DNA of 64,000 nucleotides from the human T2T-CHM13v2.0 reference genome, Homo sapiens: the NCBI RefSeq assembly GCF_009914755.1, contig NC_060941.1. One strand, given 5' to 3'. The translations under genes and the position numbers were made by a program. The notes under the pieces were generated by a model. It was not told the origin of the DNA. It worked only from the letters and a program-made list of their open reading frames with translations, and made no database searches. Below, in pieces: positions 56,070 to 64,000 of the stretch (positions are counted from its first letter, which is position 1; each line of letters starts with the position of its first letter).

Positions 56070-56801
56070 CTTGCTTTATGAATCTGGGTGCTCCTGTATT
56101 GGGTGCATATATATTTAGGATAGTTAGCACTTCTTGTTGAATTGATCCCTTTACCATTATGTAATGGCCTTCTTTGTCTCTTTTGATCTTTGTTGGATTA
56201 AAGTCTGTTTTATCAGAGACTAGGATTGCAACCTCTGCCTTTTTTTGCTTTCCATTTGCTTGGTAGATCTTCCTCCATCCTTTTATTTTGAGCCTATGTG
56301 TGTCTCTGCTCGTGAGATGGGTTTCCTGAATACAGCACACTGATGGGTCTTTACTCTTTATCCAGTTTGCCAGTCTGTGTCTTTTAATTGGAGCATTTAG
56401 CCCATTTACATTTAAAGTTAATATTGTTATGTGTGAATTTGATCCTGTCATTAAGATGTTAGCTGGTTATTTTGCTCATTAGTTGATGCAGTTTCTTCCT
56501 AGCCTTGATGGTCTTTACAATTTGGCATGATTTTGCAGTGGCTGGTACCGGTTGTTCTTTTCCATGTTTAGTGCTTCCTTCAGGAGCTCTTTTAGGGCAG
56601 GCCTGACAAAATCTCTCAGCATTTGCTTGTCTGTAAAGTATTTTATTTCTCCTTTACTTATGAAGCTTAGTTTGGCTGGATATGAGATTCTGGGTTGAAA
56701 ATTCTTTTCTTTAAGAATGTTGAATATTGGTCCCCACTCTCTTCTGGCTTGTAGAGTTTCTGCCGAGAGATCAGCTGTTAGTCTGATAGGCTTCTCTTTG
56801 T
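56070..56801 (-). mobile_element. orphan internal L1PA3-like fragment (ORF1 3' end, spacer, ORF2 endonuclease N-terminus), no tail, no TSD
   Basis: Colinear with 41225-41962 of the full-length L1; ORF 56023-56451 MTGSNSHITIL... Confidence 0.93.
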
Positions 56802-56860
56802 CTATATGTCTTTCTTAATACACATTTATACAAGTAAATGTTTTTAGAAGATGTGTTCAT

Positions 56861-57140
56861 GGCTGGGTGTGTTGGCTCAAACCTGTAATCCCAGCACTTT
56901 GCGAAGCTGAAGCTGGAGTACCACTTGAGCCCAGGAGTTCAACAGCTTGCAACAAAGCAAGACCTCATCTCTATGAAGTCTTTTAAAAATTAGTTGAACA
57001 TGGTGGTACTCACCTGTAATCCAAGCTACTCAGGATGCTGAGGCAGGAGAGTTGCTTGAGCCCAGGAATTCAAAGCTGAAGTAAGTTACACACCACTGAA
57101 CTCCAGCCTGGGCAACAAAGCTAGACCCTGACTCAAAAAA
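56861..57140 (+). mobile_element. AluJ (Jo/Jr-like)
   Basis: cttgagcccaggagttc in the left arm and cttgagcccaggaattc in the right arm; highly diverged. Confidence 0.85.
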
Positions 57141-57151
57141 TATATATATGT

Positions 57152-57437
57152 GACCGGGTGCGGTGGCTCACACCTGTAATCCCAGCACTTTGGGAGGCCA
57201 AGGTGGGCAGATCACGAGGTCAGGAGTTCGAGACCAGCCTGGCCAACATGGTGAAACCCTGTCTCTACCAAAAATACAAAAATTAGCTGGGTGTGGTGGT
57301 GGGTGCCTGTAATCCCAGCCCCTTGGGAGGCTGAGGCAGAGAATTGCTTGAACCCGGGAGGCAGAGGTTGCAGTGAGCCAAGATTGTGCCATTGCACTCC
57401 AGCTTGGACAACAGGGCAAGACTCCATCTCAAACAAA
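57152..57437 (+). mobile_element. AluS (Sg-like) inserted at the tail of the AluJ
   Basis: gatcacgaggtcaggagttcgagaccagcctggcc; TSD aaa(ta)n-tgt on both sides. Confidence 0.88.
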
Positions 57438-58571
57438 TATATATATATGTAATTATTTTATTATTTATATATGATTTTTATTAAATATATATTTGTTTAA
57501 ACAAGGTATTTAACAACTATATATGTGTGTATGTATATATGTGTGTATATATATTTTTTATATATTTGTTAAAATACATTTTAAAGCTTATTTATACACC
57601 CCAGCAATTTCCACACTACATTTTGAAACATATTGCTCTGTGTGCGAAACAGAAAATGTCTTAGCTCTATGGAAGCCAGTCCAGGTTAGGTGCTGTGTTT
57701 ACACGAAATACCAGGAGGTCCAGGGATTTGCTGGGCCCTGTTCCCTGTGAGTCTCAATTCAAGAGGATGACACAAGCTTAGAATAAAATTAAAGCATGAC
57801 TGCAATGCCATTGGTTTTTATTTCTTTGGGTTTTTTTAATTAGAAACAAGAGGTGGGCGGACACTGAATCAGGTGCTCCTATGAAAGTGTCTCCCATTCT
57901 GTAATTCATTAGGTTGCACATACTATGGAATGTTTGAACTTATAACTTTTTAAGAACTATCTCTATATCTTTAATGTGTACACCTTACATTGAGAAAGCC
58001 AGAGTTAGTCCAGCCTTTGTAAAATGGTGGGGAAATGACTCGTGCCTTGGAATATTAGTTGCACTTGCTTCTCAGCCTGGAGGCTGAAAACGCAGCAGAA
58101 TCATTGTGGAACACTACACGCCCTGTCTCATCTGACTGCCTCCCACTTTAGAAATGAAGAAAGAGAGTAAAATCATTTAAGTTTTGCCTAGAGTTAAGTT
58201 ACCTTTTTTTTAAAGCATTCCTCCTTCACCTTTCAGATAAAACAACCCATATAGACTGTACCAGATACAGAGATTTAATGCTTTTTCTGTTCTCTTCAAA
58301 GACAAAAATTTTCGGTGGACTTTTCCATTTGGTGCATCTCCTGTGCTTGGCTTGTCACCTTAGCTCTGACACAAAGGTAATATAACCCATGACTGGTGAG
58401 ACATACCCTCTCCTTTGCAGTCCACATTCAGAAGATCTCATTTCCATTTCCAGTTACACAAGTATGAGTCCCAATGTGGGTAAAAAGTCTTCCAGAAATG
58501 AGAAACCCAGATTAGCTAGTCAAGTTGCTCCTTGCAGATGAACTAAAAATAATAATTTGTAAAGCATTAAC

Positions 58572-58806
58572 AGTATACTAGCTGAAAGCACAGACTTTCA
58601 TTCAGACAGAGCTGAGTTTGAATCCTGGCTTTACCACCATGAGATGTGGGGCGAGTGAATTAACCTCTCTTGTCCTTCAGTGTCTTGACTTACAATCCAA
58701 GCATACGAATAGTACCTACCTCATAGGGCTGCTTTGAGGATTAAATGAGATCATGCTTATAAGATATTAAGTGCTAGAAAGCACTGGAAATTGCTAGCCA
58801 TTATTC
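58572..58806 (+). mobile_element. MIR SINE
   Basis: agacagagctgagtttgaatcctggctttacc...aacctctct...gtacctacctcatagggctgctttgaggattaaatgagat. Confidence 0.8.
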
Positions 58807-58863
58807 TCATATAACTCTCATGATTACCATTACTTACAAATTGCCTGAAATCCATATGGTCAC

Positions 58864-59330
58864 TGTGGCAGATTCCACGAATGGGTCCACACAACATCTG
58901 CTTTGACCATTTCTAAAACCTACAGTGTCTGGACTCTTTTGTAGCTAGGGTTCTGACTGTGACCCAGGTTCTGCCCAGCAGATGCCTATGTGCTCCAGGG
59001 AGATGAAGGTCATATAAGTGAAGTGGCAGCACATATAGGTGGGTCCATATTTTTGCAGACATGACTGAAAGAGCTTTGAGAGAAGTCTCACTGTCCAGCT
59101 CCTAGCATCACAGGTATTGACTGCTGAGCAGCAGTAGTGGGGCTTCTATGAGAACAGTCCTGTTTATGGTTGGGCATTTCTGCTGGGGTTGTTTCTGGCT
59201 GTGTGGTATCCTAGCCTGCTTCTCTGGCACTGCTGGAAATCCTGTAAGCTACCTAATACCCTGCTGTAACCCCTTTCTATTGAAACTAGCTAGTGTGAAT
59301 TATGTTGTCTGCAACTAAGAACACAGTAAC
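58864..59330 (+). mobile_element. ancient ERVL LTR (LTR33/LTR16-like)
   Basis: Starts tgtggcaga; 3' end aaactagctagtgtgaattatgttgtctgcaactaagaac resembles the LTR33-type terminus. Confidence 0.55.
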
Positions 59331-59886
59331 TATCAAAACAATCAATACAGTAATTATCAAAATAATTCTTGTTACTATAAGGGTTTTTTTACTAGTCATA
59401 TTCAGGTTACTAAGGGATAAATAAAAGTACGTATAAAAAACCTTGCTCTTGCCTTCAAAATGCATTTATCCTAAAATATACTACGTGAGTGGAGACCTGT
59501 TGTGTTTTTTTTAAAAAAAAAGTTTTATTTTCTTTGGCAGCAGAAAGCCTTTTCTGAGGAACTAGCAGAATAAACTGATTAAAATTGAAGTCTTACAGGA
59601 AAGAATCCTCACTTGGGTCCTTATTGAGGATGACAGATGAGCCTACCTGGCATAGTGTTCTCTAGAAATTATAATGGGAGAGTTAAAAGGTGCACCAGAA
59701 AGCCAGTTTACGTGTATAAGTATTTGGCTAGGTATGTTGTATATAGTCATTAATGTACTTACTTCTAGGATGGTATCCAGGGATGTGCTCAATTACAATG
59801 AGAAGAATGCCTTGAAAGAAGTAATTAACAAGAGCATTGAAATATCTCTCCAGATTTTGACTTAATGAAAAATTACTGTGTGATGA

Positions 59887-60295
<409 letters not shown>

Positions 60296-60548
60296 ACAAA
60301 GACCGCTCTTATGGTGTGTTTTTGAGTAACCGTGGCCCCACTGGCAACTCTCGTCATTTTTATTCAATGCCTAGTTTCCCATTTTCTCCCTTATATACTT
60401 CTGGCAAAATATAATGACCTGTTCAAAGCAGATCAGAGAACTTCTCACAATGCTGATAGGCAGAATGGTCAAGTGCTTAAGGTATTGTCTGTCTTCTTCA
60501 ATAAAAGAACACAAAAAATGCTGGACCTCTGGCTTAGTCTATCAGTTG

Positions 60549-61010
60549 GCATATTAGTTTCCTGTGGCTGCTGTAACAAAATGCCACAAATTTAGTGGCT
60601 TAAAACAACACAAATGTATTCTCTTATAGTTCCAGAGGTCAGAAGTCCAAAATCATTTTCACTGAGATTTAGCTAAGGGTTTGCAGAAATGGCTCATTCT
60701 GGAGGCTTCAGAAAATAATACATTTTCTTGCCTTTTTCAGCTTTGCAGGGTGCCTGTAGTCCTTGCCTCACAGCCCCTGCCTCACATCACTCCAACCTCC
60801 TGTTTCCGTGGTCACATCTCCTACTAATCACTCTGACCCTCCCTGTCCCCTCTTATAAGGACCCTTGTGATTACATTGGGCCCACGCAGATAATCCACGG
60901 TTGTCTCCCCATCTCAAGATCCTTAATTCAAGTCAAATCTTCAAAGTCCCTTTGTCATATAAGGTGATATTCACAGGTTCTGGGAATTAGGGATTACTCC
61001 ACCTACTACA
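60549..61010 (-). mobile_element. MaLR LTR (MLT1C/D-like)
   Basis: tattagtttcctgtggctgctgtaacaaa...ggcttaaaacaacacaaat...aaggacccttgtgattacattgggcccac...ctactaca. Confidence 0.8.
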
Positions 61011-62299
61011 GGTGTCAGGAAAGCAAGTTCTAGCTTCCTCAATCAGTGAGGACTTACTAGAAGGTTACATCGAGAAAATAGTAGGAAATCAAGAAAACCA
61101 ACAGGCATTTGAGATACAAGGCAAATACATACCTGGTTATCTTGCTGTCCTTTCAGCAGCCGGTGCCTTTTGCTGCAGACTCTAGACTTCTACCTTTATT
61201 GTGACTGTCTTTACTTCCTTTTCTGTCTAACTGATGATTCTAGTAGCTCTAGCAGTCAAACTGAGTTAGCCAGAGGCCCATCCTATAGAGGGCGCCCCTT
61301 TTCTGCCAGGCTCTTTTATGAGGAAATCTCATTGACTGCTATCTAACCTACAGATAGCAGCTTTTGAATCAGTCATTAATCCTTGGTCCACTCAGCTTTG
61401 GCCAGAAAAGCTGGGCCACAAGACACAAAATGTGTACAGGAACCACGGGCCTTTGTCTCTGAAAGGCGCTGGGAAGTTCCAAGCATTTGGAGATCGTTAG
61501 ACTCTTCTCCAAAACACTGTCAGTGATGGCAGAGTTTGAGCAAAATATTTTGCTTCCCAATTTTTGAAACTGGAATGTTTATAGGTGCTTGTTACAAACA
61601 GATTTTTGTTAATGTTTACAAAATATAGTATTCCTAAGAAAACAAATAAGAATGGTCCAAAAATAAAGAGTGCTTTGGAAAGCTAAAGGCTTGTCATGAT
61701 ATCCTGTAGTCTAATCAGAGACTCTAATTACGGGAAAAGACATACATATCACCAAACGAAGTCTTCAAGATCATCCTGGTCTTTATAGCTCTTCAAATTA
61801 TATAAAGCAACACACTGGAATTCCCAAGCTCTGAGTCATCCATGAAAAAAACAGCTCATATGACTTTCAGGACACTGAATTTAATTCAGAAACCATTTTA
61901 TAAATGTCTACTCTCTTTGACAGAGGAGATCTAGGAAAAGAGAGAAGTAATCTGGAGTGTAGCACAGAATTAAACTGACTTCTCTTTAATGGAGACGTAG
62001 AGCCTGTTACACTGCAGATTCTTGGATCATGTCAGATAATCATAGCTTCAGCCACTGGATTAGTCATATCATGAATTTCATAATCACCATATAATTGACA
62101 CAGGCCTTTAAACAGTCATTTCTCCTGGAAGCCAGTTTATTGCTGGAATTAAATGAACTGTCACTCTCTGCAGAAAATGGAACAAACTTTTCACTTGGCT
62201 CACCTTGGCAGTAATCAGGAGATTTCTAGGAATTAGCAACAATCCTCGCCAAGCTGTCCAAGTGGTAACAAGCAGATTGCCCTTAAGAATGCAAAGGTT

Positions 62300-63854
62300 C
62301 ATACTGCCCAAAGTAATTTATAGATTCAATGCTATCCCCATCAAGCTACCACTGACTTTCTTCACATAATTAGAAAAAACTACTTTAAACTTCATATGGA
62401 ACCAAAAAAGAGCCCACATAGCCAAGACAATCCTAAGCAAAAAGAAAAAAGCTGGAGGCATCATGCTACCTGAATTCAAACTATACTACAAGGCTACAGT
62501 AACCAAAACAGCATGGTTCTGGTACCAAAACAGATATATAGACGAATGGGACAAAACAGAGGCCTCAGAAATAACACCACACATGTACAACCATCTGATC
62601 TTTGACAAACCTGACAAAAACAAGCAATGGGGAAAGGATTCCCTATTTAATACATGGTGTTGGGAAAACTGGCTAGCCTTACACCTTATACAAAAATTAA
62701 CTCAAGATGGATTAAAGACTTAAATGTTAGACCTAAAACCATAAAAACCCTAGAAGAAAACTTAGGCAATACCATTCAGGACATAGGCAAGGGCAAAGAC
62801 TTCACAACTAAAACACCAAAAGCAATGCCAATGCAAGCCAAAACTGACAAATGGGATTTAATTAAACTAAAGAGCTTCTGCACAGCAAAAGAAACTATCA
62901 TCAGAGTGAACAGGCAACCTACAGAATGGGAGAAAATTTTTGCAATCTCTCCATCTGACAAAGAGCTAATATCCAGAATCTACAAAGGACTTAAACAAAC
63001 TTACAAGAAAAAAACAAACAACCCCATCAAAAAGTGGGCAAAGGATATGAACAGACACTTCTCAAAAGAAGACATTTATGCAGCCAACAAACATGAAAAA
63101 AAGCTCATCATCACTGGTCATTAGAGAAATGCAAATCAAAACTGCAATGAGATACCATCTCACACCAGTTAGAATGGTGATCATTAAAAAGTCAGGAAAC
63201 AACAGGTGCTGGAGAGGATGTGGGGAAATAGGAACACATTTGCACTGTTGGTGGGAGTGTAAATTAGTTCAACCATTGTGGAAGACAGTGTGGCAATTCC
63301 TCAAGAATCTAGATCCAGAAATACCATTTGATGCAGCAATCCCATTACTGGGTATATACTCAAAGGATTATAAATCATTCTGCTATAAAGACACATGAAC
63401 ATGTATGTTTATTTTTGGCACTACTCATAATAGCAAAGACTTGGAACCAACCCAAATGCCTGTCAATGATAGACTGGATAAAGAAAATGTGGCACATATG
63501 CACCATGGAATTCTATGCAGCCATAAAAAGGATGAGTTCATGTCCTTTGCAGGGACATGGATGAAGCTGGAAACCATCATTCTCAGCAAACTAACACAAG
63601 AACAGAAAACCAAATGCTCCATGTTCTCACTCATAAGTGGGAGTTGAACAATGAGAACACACGGACACAGGGAGAGGAACATCACACACTGTGGCCTGTC
63701 ATGGGGTCGGGGGCTGGGGTAGGGATAGCATTAAGACAAATGCCTAATGTAGATGACGGGTTGATAGGTGCAGCAAACAACCATGGCTTGTGTATACCTA
63801 TGTAATAAACCTGTAAGTTCTGCACATGTACCTTCAAACTTAAAGTATTAAAAA
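62300..63854 (+). mobile_element. LINE-1 (L1PA6/PA7-like), 5'-truncated
   Basis: ORF2 C-terminal fragments plus an older-type 3'UTR (gtagatgacgggttgataggtgcagcaaac). TSD aatgcaaaggtt at 62288-62299 and 63855-63866. ~31-bp deletion at 62678. Confidence 0.9.
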
Positions 63855-64000
63855 AATGCAAAGGTTATCTCTCCAAGTTGGAGCCCAGAGCAAAGGTAAA
63901 GGAGAAAGTATTTAATGTCCAGGCTGTTAAGTAACTAAATGATTTTACTGTATGTATTTCCACTGCATAAACACCAACATTTAATTAACCCATTACACAG

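Overview
Primate (human-like) genomic DNA with no recognisable cellular protein-coding gene. The core (~3.3-53.2 kb) is an island of divergent, ancient-type monomeric alpha satellite with a 172-bp unit and no CENP-B box that I could find, bounded on both sides by non-satellite DNA. It is interrupted by a ~2.9-copy array of a 2.47-kb GC-rich SST1-like macrosatellite, three L1PA2/PA3-class LINE-1s (one at the left boundary), an AluY and two HERV-K-class solo LTRs (MER11D-like, LTR13). The right flank is old euchromatin-type DNA (MIR, AluJ/S, ERVL/MaLR LTRs, L1PA7-like). The most interesting signal is structural. The TSD-less L1 at the left boundary and an orphan internal L1 shard 3 kb beyond the right boundary both share non-consensus variants with the full-length L1PA3 inside the satellite, suggesting a complex rearrangement placed a dead centromere fragment here. 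Other notable items: a doubly truncated, tail-less L1 with a perfect 15-bp TSD; a double fold-back templated insertion; fossil multi-monomer block duplications marked by a 210-bp variant monomer; a 100%-identical recent monomer duplication; and an intact L1 ORF0. Subfamily names come from my recollection of consensus sequences and need RepeatMasker/Dfam confirmation. I found no evidence of a new gene system.
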